64,000 nucleotides of DNA from a virus: positions 1-64,000 of the IMG/VR virus record IMGVR_UViG_3300021957_000009; one strand, given 5' to 3'. Position 1 is the stretch's first letter; each line of letters starts with the position of its first letter. Shown here in pieces: positions 29,287 through 37,628 of the stretch. The translations under genes were made by a program, and so were the position numbers. The notes beneath the pieces are model-generated. The model had not been told where the DNA came from. It made no database searches and was given only the letters and a program-made list of their open reading frames with translations.

Positions 29287-29559
29287 TTACGCTACCTCCA
29301 ACATTCCAAGAGGACAGTTCCAAAGTTTACCGTCAATTCTCACAACAGCTTTTGTTCTGTTAATCTTAGTGACTTCACCAAATTCAACACCGTTTTTACT
29401 GTTGAGCTTTACTTGAACACCAACAAAAAGCGAAGACTTAACACCTTGAGCTTTAATCGCTCTTAGTTGTTTTTGCTTAATTTTAATCAGTTCGATAACC
29501 TCATTCATTTCATCAGTAGAGTTGATTGAGTTGATTGCGTTTAGTATAGATTTTTTCAT
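29287..29559 (-). CDS. Hypothetical early protein (helix + SH3/KOW-like C-terminus)
   Basis: 90 aa; G.V.KINRTKAVV....W..P..ML; TAAGGA RBS. Confidence 0.7.
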   Translation of the reverse strand: MKKSILNAINSINSTDEMNEVIELIKIKQKQLRAIKAQGVKSSLFVGVQVKLNSKNGVEFGEVTKINRTKAVVRIDGKLWNCPLGMLEVA

Positions 29560-29594
29560 AATTTAGATTCCTTATCAATTTTGTTTATGGGTAT

Positions 29595-29623
29595 ATTATA
29601 CCATGCTTTTTAGGGTTTGTACA
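29595..29623 (-). promoter_or_regulatory. Early-type promoter TGTACA-N17-TATAAT
   Basis: -35 at 29618-29623, -10 at 29595-29600, A-rich UP element. Confidence 0.78.
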
Positions 29624-29664
29624 CACTTTTTTAATAAATAGTATATAGTTTCTATACGTATTTG

Positions 29665-30081
29665 TTATATAAAACACTTTTTATATAACTCTTCTTCACG
29701 TTTGTATGCCTCACGTTCCCATGGAGCATTTTCATATTTGTAGTTACGTGGCTTTTTACCCTTCCACGAATGGTTATATCCATTCAGTTCACCACGCAAA
29801 TATTGCTTGGCATGTACCATTTCATGAGCTAGTGTTTGCATCATAGATTCGTATGAAAGCTTTTCACCGTCGGATTTGCGTGCTATAGACATATCAACAT
29901 AACCCTCTTTTGGATCGCCCCAACATAACCCTTGGCTATCGTTATCGAGAGTAGTTTTAAAGTTAATGAAGATACACTTTGAATACATGCGGTTGATACC
30001 AAGCTCTTTGCAAAGAGCATGTGCGTATTCGTAGACTTTCTTTTTGTCTTTGATTTGACCTTTGATTCTAATCTGTGGCAT
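29665..30081 (-). CDS. Zincin-like metallopeptidase (HExxH)
   Basis: TLAHEMVHAKQ and PWE.EAY motifs. Confidence 0.8.
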   Translation of the reverse strand: MPQIRIKGQIKDKKKVYEYAHALCKELGINRMYSKCIFINFKTTLDNDSQGLCWGDPKEGYVDMSIARKSDGEKLSYESMMQTLAHEMVHAKQYLRGELNGYNHSWKGKKPRNYKYENAPWEREAYKREEELYKKCFI

Positions 30082-30107
30082 GACTGACTCCGCGTTAATA
30101 TGTGTAT

Positions 30108-30136
30108 ATTATACCCCAGTTTCTAGTAGATGTACA
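30108..30136 (-). promoter_or_regulatory. Early-type promoter TGTACA-N17-TATAAT
   Basis: -35 at 30131-30136, -10 at 30108-30113. Confidence 0.72.
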
Positions 30137-30176
30137 CAACTATTTTAGCTATTTTTAGATCATTTTGTTATATAGA

Positions 30177-32021
30177 CTATAACTTTGGTGAATAAATGGT
30201 TATAAGCTCTTCTTTGCCCTTTACCTTGATTTTACCTATTTCCTTGCACTTATACTCATTCGGAAGCTGTTCTTGAGTATATGATGATATGATTGTCTTA
30301 TAGTCTACATACTCATGTCGTGCGGCAGTTGCCTCGAGACGGGCTGCAAGATTGACTGCATCTCCAATGACTGAGTAATCGAATCTGGATTCAGAGCCCA
30401 TGTTACCAACAATGCAATCCCCGGTGTTAACGCCAGTACCGACATTAATATCAGGAAGGCCTCTTGATTTATATACCTCTTTAAGTTCATTGGTTTTAGC
30501 CTCTATTTCTATTGATGATTTGACTGCCATTTCAGCATGGTTATCACAAGGCAATGGTGCATTCCAGAATGCCATGATACAGTCGCCCATGTATTTGTCT
30601 ATGGTTCCACCGTTGTTTAATATGATTTTAGTCATAGCATCTAAGAATTCATTAACCAATTCTACTAATCCTTCTGGATCGTCATTGTTTTTATAGTGCT
30701 CTGATATTGGAGTAAACCCACATATATCCATAAACAAGAAAGACATCTCTTTACGATCTCCTCCTAACCTTAACAACTCAGGATTCTTTTGTAGTAGATA
30801 CACCTGCTTCGGATCTAAGTAAGTTTCAAATTGCTTTTTGATCTGCTGTCTTAACATGAATTGCTTATAGAAATTACTGAAGCTTGATGAAGCAAATGTC
30901 ATTATATATAATATCATTGAGTAAGTCATATCAAGGAGAATCTGAGATTCGTACCAGAAGTAGAAAGAAGCGCCAACTGAAGATGCAACAGTCGCAAAGA
31001 AGATTATCATCGACCAAACAATTGGAAGGTGGTATACAGCTAAGACGATTACCAGAGCACCAATTGACATTACCAGGATTTCAAGAAGGTCTGTCCACAC
31101 AGGACGAGAGATGGAAACTTCATCCATTATTGACTGAATGGCAGCAGCCTGAATCTGATGAGCAGGCATTAATCCAGCTGGAGTTGGAATTTGTGAAGCC
31201 AGACCCTTTGCAGTCAGACCAATAAAGACAGCTTGACCACCAAGATTTGGTAACTCACTGCCGTATTCTATCTCTGTAAATTTATAGTTAGGATTAATCC
31301 AAAAAGAACCATTCGCATCTGAAGGTATTCTAAAAGGTCGTATTATAACTTCTTCCACACCTACTTCATTTACTTTTATTGTATAAGATAATCTATCCTG
31401 CATAACTCTTATTGTTTCTAATGCGAACGAAGGATATAATTCATCATTGATTTGTGACACAAGAGGAATTCTTCTTACTAATCCATCAACCTCTGGCATA
31501 GCATTAATTAAACCATGACCCCATGCTTCTTTTTCTAACTGAGGTATATTGGTAACAAGGCCATCATATTTGATTAACCAGTCTAATGGATCTCCGGAAC
31601 CAAATGTGACAGTACCAACATAAGGTGCAGTTTTACTTCTACCATCTGGATCTGCATCTTGAGCAAGTATAACACCATTAGAGTTTATCCACGAAGCAAA
31701 TACTTCATCACCAGCAAACCTATCAGCTTCCGGAAACATAATAGTAAATCCTATCATTCCGGCATTTGCTTCTCGTAAGTCTGATAACATTTGAGCATAT
31801 TGATGCCTTGGAAACGGGTATTGCCCATACTTGGCTAATGCTTCTTCACCGATATTTAATAGTACTACTCCGTTACCAAAATCAGTCTCTGGAATAGTTC
31901 TTATATAACTGTCAAAAGTGTTAAGTCTTAATTGTTCTACTGGAGTTGGATCTGACACTCTTATACCGATAAGCAAAGAGGCTAATATGATTGTGGTCCA
32001 TATTGATGTTAAGTATTTCAT
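30177..32021 (-). CDS. CHASE2-domain class III adenylate cyclase
   Basis: N-terminal TM; CHASE2 features (I.EEAL..YGQYPFPR, F.E.DR..GD, D.DG.VRRIPL); three TMs; cyclase motifs FMDICGFT, IDKYMGDCIMAFW, DYSVIGDAVNLAARLE. Confidence 0.93.
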   Translation of the reverse strand: MKYLTSIWTTIILASLLIGIRVSDPTPVEQLRLNTFDSYIRTIPETDFGNGVVLLNIGEEALAKYGQYPFPRHQYAQMLSDLREANAGMIGFTIMFPEADRFAGDEVFASWINSNGVILAQDADPDGRSKTAPYVGTVTFGSGDPLDWLIKYDGLVTNIPQLEKEAWGHGLINAMPEVDGLVRRIPLVSQINDELYPSFALETIRVMQDRLSYTIKVNEVGVEEVIIRPFRIPSDANGSFWINPNYKFTEIEYGSELPNLGGQAVFIGLTAKGLASQIPTPAGLMPAHQIQAAAIQSIMDEVSISRPVWTDLLEILVMSIGALVIVLAVYHLPIVWSMIIFFATVASSVGASFYFWYESQILLDMTYSMILYIMTFASSSFSNFYKQFMLRQQIKKQFETYLDPKQVYLLQKNPELLRLGGDRKEMSFLFMDICGFTPISEHYKNNDDPEGLVELVNEFLDAMTKIILNNGGTIDKYMGDCIMAFWNAPLPCDNHAEMAVKSSIEIEAKTNELKEVYKSRGLPDINVGTGVNTGDCIVGNMGSESRFDYSVIGDAVNLAARLEATAARHEYVDYKTIISSYTQEQLPNEYKCKEIGKIKVKGKEELITIYSPKL

Positions 32022-32093
32022 ACGTATATATCTATATATATTCCTCGACCACCATTAGGAGATCCGTACTTATAAAGAATATACCGAGCTCGG

Positions 32094-32864
32094 TTATTCT
32101 TGCAGTACTGATACATTACATCCACCAAAAGTCATACAATCAATGCTTAGATTATATGTTTGGTTCATAGTACTCATTTGTTTTAAAATTAAATCTGTTC
32201 CGTATAAACCATCAAGTGTTACGTTTGCGTTGTGTGTTGCACCGTTACCTTTTTGACGAATAAACACATCGTTCTCGTCATTATATATTGCTAAATCTGT
32301 GTTCTTACTACCGTTGCTTTGTTGCTTTATTTGAACTTTATTATTATCGCCTGCTAAGTGCAAATCAAAGTCATGGCCATCCGATGCACCAGTTTGGTTT
32401 GTTTGTTGAACTGCTAATTGATTGTAGTCACCGTACATAGTAATATCTATTTCGTGGCCACCACTCTCATAGTCATCCACCCACCAAGTTAAATCAGTAT
32501 CAGAATCAAGTGTAGTCCATGCAGCACCTTGAGCAAGTTTCATCTGATTACCTGTACCACTCAATTCATCAAAGGTGATTTCATTGGGAAGTCCACCTGT
32601 TGTTGTATTAATCTGCACTAAATACATATCTAGGCTTGATACTGTAATATATGAATTAGCGTCTAACATCTTAATATTATTATTAAAACCATATTGGTCA
32701 ACACCTAATTGAAGGTTATCGCCAGATTGTTCTAATGATATTACGTTATCATCAGCATTTGCAAATAGTGGTGCTATAAGTAGCGACAATACAATAATAG
32801 GCCAAAATAAAACACTTACCCATATTAAAGCTTTCATTGAATATTCTTCTAATTTATCTAACAT
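32094..32864 (-). CDS. Curlin-like secreted repeat protein (CsgA/CsgB-like)
   Basis: Signal peptide ending ANA; repeated Q.G..N / G..N...I.Q motifs; in the csgFG operon. Confidence 0.7.
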   Translation of the reverse strand: MLDKLEEYSMKALIWVSVLFWPIIVLSLLIAPLFANADDNVISLEQSGDNLQLGVDQYGFNNNIKMLDANSYITVSSLDMYLVQINTTTGGLPNEITFDELSGTGNQMKLAQGAAWTTLDSDTDLTWWVDDYESGGHEIDITMYGDYNQLAVQQTNQTGASDGHDFDLHLAGDNNKVQIKQQSNGSKNTDLAIYNDENDVFIRQKGNGATHNANVTLDGLYGTDLILKQMSTMNQTYNLSIDCMTFGGCNVSVLQE

Positions 32865-32865
32865 A

Positions 32866-33975
32866 TTAATTCACCTGATTTATATAGATGAGGATATCTT
32901 CACCCTCATTTCCTGTAATTATTCCATCCCATGTCGGTGTAATTGTATCTACTGTAAAGTTGCCGCCTGCTCCAAATTTAAGTCTAATTACGCCATTAAT
33001 GTTTCTATATAGTACTAAAGATCCGTCTTGTAAAAACACATTAAACTGTGATTCGTCGTTAAACCCTCTTGTCGCACCTTTGATATCAAATTCACCTAAT
33101 GTATCAAATAGATCTGAACTATCTATAATGTCTAATACATCAACTAAAAATTCTACATCTAATTCATCAATATCTAATTCATTGAATTCGTCAAGAGTAT
33201 CTTCTTCTAATTCGTCTTCTTCTAACTCAGTAAACTCTAAAAAATCTACATCTAATAGGCCTTGATCTTCATTCGTGTCGTCAGCCATTTCTTCTTTTAT
33301 CCTCTCCTTTACTTCTTCAGGAGGTGATACAATAAACATGTTGTCAATTAATGATGGTGTAATACCGTTAACTTTAATTGATTGTGTTGGTGATGAATCT
33401 AATGAAGATACCATTGTTGCGGCATAGGCTTCGTTTAATGTAACTACTCCACCTTCATTAGAAACTACTATCTCACCAGATGGATCACCATTCTCATCTG
33501 GTAGTAATATGATTAGGCTTCTACCTAATTCATCTACTGTTGTTGTAAAATCAGTTCCCCGTACGGCAATTGAGGCCGTAGGAGTCTTGATATCAATATT
33601 GGCTTTATTTACTAATCCTAATCTTCCGGATGCAAATCTAGCTGTACCCATTGTAAACTTCATACTCATCTTCGAGAGTGAAGGATCAGGGTCATAATAT
33701 ATTTCGTCTATTAGTACTTCAGAATGTTCTTTTAAAGATAGTTGAGCTTTATCTAAAAACTCAATAAGCATTCTTCCGTTACCAGTTTTTGCTTCATCGT
33801 TTAGTTCTATAGGTATCTGCTTAGATACTTTTATCTCTTCATTGTTACGCACAATCTGGCTTACGCCAGTCGACTCTACTATGTCACCAATGGAATCAGC
33901 ATAGGCGATTCCAGTGATGAATAGTAAGCTAAGAATCCCCAGCTGCGTCTTTTTGATTAATTTGTACAGTAGCAT
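32866..33975 (-). CDS. Periplasmic FecR-domain protein
   Basis: Signal peptide (AYA); D...TG.GR..I.F.D...L.L.E.S...ID; I.TPTA.IAVRGTDF; very acidic C-terminal region. Confidence 0.85.
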   Translation of the reverse strand: MLLYKLIKKTQLGILSLLFITGIAYADSIGDIVESTGVSQIVRNNEEIKVSKQIPIELNDEAKTGNGRMLIEFLDKAQLSLKEHSEVLIDEIYYDPDPSLSKMSMKFTMGTARFASGRLGLVNKANIDIKTPTASIAVRGTDFTTTVDELGRSLIILLPDENGDPSGEIVVSNEGGVVTLNEAYAATMVSSLDSSPTQSIKVNGITPSLIDNMFIVSPPEEVKERIKEEMADDTNEDQGLLDVDFLEFTELEEDELEEDTLDEFNELDIDELDVEFLVDVLDIIDSSDLFDTLGEFDIKGATRGFNDESQFNVFLQDGSLVLYRNINGVIRLKFGAGGNFTVDTITPTWDGIITGNEGEDILIYINQVN

Positions 33976-34669
33976 TGTCTGATGTAATATCTAAATTGAT
34001 GATAGCATTAGGAGTTGCACAAGGTGAACCTCCTACACAAGTACCTGAAATCTGATTAATATCAATGTCACCACTATCTCCATTCCACTCTACAGTCAAT
34101 GATTGAGAACCATCGTTTTGTAATGTGTTGAAGTTATTGCTGTCACCAGTAATATCAAAGTTCCAAGTTACATCATCAGATTCAAAATCTAAATCAAATA
34201 TATTTGAACCACCTAACAGAATTAAATCTGCATCTAATCTTTCTGCACTTGCACCAACTTTACCTTGATCTATATCAAATGTATTACTGTCTCCAGTAAT
34301 AGCGAAATCGTAGTTAGAATCGTCTGAACTTCCAGTGTATCCAATGTTCCAATCAACTTCGTTTGAATCACCTGTTAACGTAAAAGTTAAATCAGAGTTA
34401 TTCATGTCAATTGGTCCATATATCAAGTTTTGATTTCCTATCATATCGATATCGAATGTTAAACCTGAACCTACAATAGTCATATCAGAACCGGAACTAG
34501 TAAAATCTTCTAAACCGATTTTGTTACCATATCCAACCTGATCAATATACAACGTTAATGTATCACCGCTTTGTTCTATCATAATTTCGTTATCGTCAGT
34601 TGCTTGCGCGAAAATAGAATTTGCTGTAAATAGAAATAGCACTGCTGCTATACTAGTTAATTTCTTCAT
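33929..34669 (-). CDS. Curlin-like secreted repeat protein (CsgA/CsgB-like)
   Basis: Signal peptide MKKLTSIAAVLFLFTANSIFA; about 23-aa repeats (IEQSGD, DQVGYGN, ITGDSN). Start set at ATG 34669 after GAGGA. Confidence 0.75.
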   Translation of the reverse strand: MKKLTSIAAVLFLFTANSIFAQATDDNEIMIEQSGDTLTLYIDQVGYGNKIGLEDFTSSGSDMTIVGSGLTFDIDMIGNQNLIYGPIDMNNSDLTFTLTGDSNEVDWNIGYTGSSDDSNYDFAITGDSNTFDIDQGKVGASAERLDADLILLGGSNIFDLDFESDDVTWNFDITGDSNNFNTLQNDGSQSLTVEWNGDSGDIDINQISGTCVGGSPCATPNAIINLDITSDNATVQINQKDAAGDS

Positions 34670-35636
34670 TTTTCGTTTCCTCTTTGTTTGCATGCCTTTC
34701 GTTTTTCCCATCAACTTGATGAGGATGCCTATGGCCTGCGGTTAAATCCCAGAACTTACGGTCGTGGCCCTGGTAGATTAATTCCAGTACAGCAGCTTCA
34801 ATAGCTGACCGTACTGCATACGTCACTGACTCATTATTTCCCACTCCGTCCTCATACTCGATAAGTTGCGTGCCTTGTTCATAGAACCTAAACACATCAC
34901 CCGACGAGCCGTAAGAAAGTACCGATTTCTTAGCTTGGACGTTTAACAAAACTTCACCTGTCAATACAGACACTGCTCTCACAGATACTGTAACAACATC
35001 TTTACGATACATCCTACTAAAACCTATGCCAAGAGTTCTTGCGCCTCGGCCTCCAGTTTCCATATTCGTATCATAACCTATAATACCACCCTCAATAATC
35101 ATTCCTGCAAATAAGAGTGGGCCAACACCATTTGGTTCTACACCATTAGCTTTAGCGACATCTTGACGAGTAGATCTTACTATTTGTCTTTCTCGTACAA
35201 GATTGTCTATTCCTTGCCTTTCTACTACTCTAAACCAGGTTCCTCCACCTGCTGTTTTGAGAGCATCTATTAACATTTCAGTACCGCCTTGGGTAACTGC
35301 AGTAGAAAACGATGCTATATTATCTACTGATTTTCTTTGACCTGTTAAATCTTTAAATCCATACACTGCAACTACTGGTTGAACCTTTGCTGCCGGCAAA
35401 TTGAGAAGATCCACAAACGCTGGAAGCTTTACAGCTTCTGGGGCATCAACACATATATACTTTCTGGCCATTGCCTTTTGTATACCCATTTGCGCATGCC
35501 TATTAAAACCTTCATCATATTTGCCATCAAGATCATTGCAATCCTGAGGGTTATTACTCCACTGTGGAACAGATGCGCATCCACTAAGTAGTAGTAATAC
35601 TAATATGTACTTACCCACCGTCTGAATCCTGGCCAA
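34653..35636 (-). CDS. csgG: Curli secretion channel lipoprotein CsgG
   Basis: Lipobox LSGC; VAVY.F.D.TGQRK, FSTAVTQGG, WF.VVER.G..NL..ERQI.R, IEGGIIGYD.N..TGG.GAR.LGIG. Confidence 0.93.
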   Translation of the reverse strand: MARIQTVGKYILVLLLLSGCASVPQWSNNPQDCNDLDGKYDEGFNRHAQMGIQKAMARKYICVDAPEAVKLPAFVDLLNLPAAKVQPVVAVYGFKDLTGQRKSVDNIASFSTAVTQGGTEMLIDALKTAGGGTWFRVVERQGIDNLVRERQIVRSTRQDVAKANGVEPNGVGPLLFAGMIIEGGIIGYDTNMETGGRGARTLGIGFSRMYRKDVVTVSVRAVSVLTGEVLLNVQAKKSVLSYGSSGDVFRFYEQGTQLIEYEDGVGNNESVTYAVRSAIEAAVLELIYQGHDRKFWDLTAGHRHPHQVDGKNERHANKEETKNEEIN

Positions 35637-36111
35637 AGTTGCCAGTTCCTACTGGTATCTCAATAACTGTAGTTGTTCCATCGGAATCTACAATTGTCAT
35701 TTTAATAAACTCTGAACCATCTTCGTTTGTCATAACTTCATATGTTACTACATTACCTTCTAAAGTAAATGAGCCATATCGAACAGATCCATCATTACTA
35801 AACATAGATTCGACAAGTTGTTTAGACATTTGAGCATATATTCTACTCTCTAAATTACGTATAAACTTAGCCATAGTTGTATTTGCTTCTTCTCTTTCCG
35901 CTGCTTTTCTTGCTGCCTCTAAAGCATCTACTATAGCTTTTTTCCTTGTATGTTCTATATTATCAACTGTTAAATAATGTGCTCCAGTTCCAACTCCACT
36001 AAATGATGGATTTTTAAAGCCAAATTTTATTTCATCTGCTTGTACTACAAGGCTTTGTAAAGCCAATACAAACATTCCAGTTAACAATACATCTTCAATT
36101 TTTATCTTCAT
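35611..36111 (-). CDS. csgF: Curli assembly component CsgF
   Basis: Signal peptide followed by F.FKNPSFSG; F...L.SRIYAQ.S..L; ends TTVIEIP; directly upstream of csgG. Confidence 0.88.
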   Translation of the reverse strand: MKIKIEDVLLTGMFVLALQSLVVQADEIKFGFKNPSFSGVGTGAHYLTVDNIEHTRKKAIVDALEAARKAAEREEANTTMAKFIRNLESRIYAQMSKQLVESMFSNDGSVRYGSFTLEGNVVTYEVMTNEDGSEFIKMTIVDSDGTTTVIEIPVGTGNFGQDSDGG

Positions 36112-36373
36112 TTTTACTCTCATTTATCTTCTTCTGCCTTTCTCTATATTCTAAAACGACCTTTACCTTTTCTTGTAGTCGTATCATATCCTGATCAAGC
36201 ATTCTAATTTGATCAATAAGTCTTATAAGGCCCATGTGCATTTCTTCAAGCTTTGGATCTAGTTCTTCATTAATGAACTTCCATATAAAAAACACGAAAT
36301 AAGCCATTCCTACAATGGCTACAGTCGTAAATCCGTACTGCTCGATTAAAACCGCTGGATTTAAGGCGTCCAT
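36095..36373 (-). CDS. Small membrane protein (TM + coiled coil), paralogue of the upstream gene
   Basis: YGF...AIVGMAYFVFFIW, then LIDQIRMLDQDMIRL. Confidence 0.75.
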   Translation of the reverse strand: MDALNPAVLIEQYGFTTVAIVGMAYFVFFIWKFINEELDPKLEEMHMGLIRLIDQIRMLDQDMIRLQEKVKVVLEYRERQKKINESKNEDKN

Positions 36374-36374
36374 A

Positions 36375-36671
36375 TTAATCCCTTCGGACGTCTATTTTAC
36401 CGTCTTCCACAAAGTTTTCTGATCGAGCAATTCTATCGATAGGTGGAGTTAACTCTAAAGCACTAGATACTAACATATCGATCTTTATTATTTCGTTATT
36501 CATTGTTCGGGCTCTATTTTCTAGGCCCTTTGTGAATATATTAAGGGTGTCTATTTGGTCTAAAACTCCTGATAGCATTTGCTTTATAATCGTAAATATA
36601 AAGAACCCAGACGCTAAAGCGCCTGCAATGGGTAATCCTACATCACTGATTAAACCAAATATATCTGGCAT
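36375..36671 (-). CDS. Small membrane protein (TM + coiled coil)
   Basis: VGLPIAGALASGFFIFTII, then LENRARTMNNEIIKID; ends D.RRD. Confidence 0.75.
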   Translation of the reverse strand: MPDIFGLISDVGLPIAGALASGFFIFTIIKQMLSGVLDQIDTLNIFTKGLENRARTMNNEIIKIDMLVSSALELTPPIDRIARSENFVEDGKIDVRRD

Positions 36672-36916
36672 TAGCTACTTTTAGCGATACTGACAGCTTT
36701 AAGACCGGCACCACCTTCCAAGGTATCTGCTGGCATCTTAGAAACCAATTCAATTGCTTTACTTGGAATTGTCATAGTTCCTAAAACCACTGCACCCAAT
36801 TTTTGAGTCATGACAACATCCGCAGCAGTACTATTATATACTCTTACTAATGTCGCTTTACCCATATCGGTAGCTGATGTTAAGTCGCCCTGACTTCCTA
36901 ACAATTTAATTTTCAT
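36671..36916 (-). CDS. Small beta-rich hypothetical (possibly virion) protein
   Basis: 81 aa; A.LVRVYN, GT.TIP, K...DTL; AGGAG RBS. Confidence 0.7.
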   Translation of the reverse strand: MKIKLLGSQGDLTSATDMGKATLVRVYNSTAADVVMTQKLGAVVLGTMTIPSKAIELVSKMPADTLEGGAGLKAVSIAKSS

Positions 36917-36928
36917 CTTTTTCTCCTG

Positions 36929-37120
36929 TTATGAACTAACTAAATTTAGCTCTTCTAAACTTTTATGCCAATCTGAGTATCTGAAAAGTCCCTGCTTTTC
37001 ATGACACCAAAACCAACCTTTACTTTTTTGTTCTTCTTGCGGTATACTAGATTCGACCTTTAAAGGGCCTCTAGTCTTCCCATAAGTCGTTCTGCTCTGT
37101 TCGTTACTTGCTTGTACCAT
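36929..37120 (-). CDS. Small hypothetical protein overlapping the lysozyme 3' end (start uncertain)
   Basis: Fills the gap; GWFWCHE...FRYSDW looks protein-like, but the start lies inside the lysozyme gene. Confidence 0.35.
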   Translation of the reverse strand: MVQASNEQSRTTYGKTRGPLKVESSIPQEEQKSKGWFWCHEKQGLFRYSDWHKSLEELNLVSS

Positions 37121-37530
37121 CTTGAATCTCTCCCCTCAACAGCCGCAACCGGCCAATCACCACACTGCAGCGCTGCATTGTGCTTTTTAAATTTACTTAA
37201 GCGCGTAAGTCCCATGTTGAACATCATGTTCGCAATGACTTGTTTCACTTCTTGTGGATATCCATCCCATGCATCGTGTAATTTTTTACAATCTTCGATT
37301 ACTGTTTCTACATCCTTGGCAAAGCATGATATAACTCTATCCTCTGAGACATCAGTACCGACCGGAAGCCCAAATTCTGGGTCTCCTTCGATAACCAGGT
37401 GTCCAATACCAAATGTAGCATAACCGAGGTGATCATGATAAATTTCATTAACTTGTCCCTCGTCTATAATTAATTGTTCTCTTAATTGATCTACATCAAT
37501 CACCGTTTTTTCTTCTTTGTCCCAAAACAT
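37060..37530 (-). CDS. Endolysin, T4-lysozyme/GH24 family
   Basis: L..DEG....IY.D.LG..T.GIGHL catalytic E-D-T pattern; NM.FNMG..RL..FK; DSRWY.QV.NRA.RL. Confidence 0.9.
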   Translation of the reverse strand: MFWDKEEKTVIDVDQLREQLIIDEGQVNEIYHDHLGYATFGIGHLVIEGDPEFGLPVGTDVSEDRVISCFAKDVETVIEDCKKLHDAWDGYPQEVKQVIANMMFNMGLTRLSKFKKHNAALQCGDWPVAAVEGRDSRWYKQVTNRAERLMGRLEAL

Positions 37531-37628
37531 TTTCTTTCCTCTTAAATTTATTATTTATCTCAAATAATAATTGTTCTTTTTTAACAACCTGCCAAAACTT
37601 CTTATCTACTTCTTTAAATAAATCAGTC

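Noticed and set aside
37055-37075. CTT TAA at the lysozyme stop as a prfB-like +1 frameshift
   Set aside because: The +1 frame closes after a few codons, and the longer overlapping frame is -1 without a properly phased slippery heptamer.
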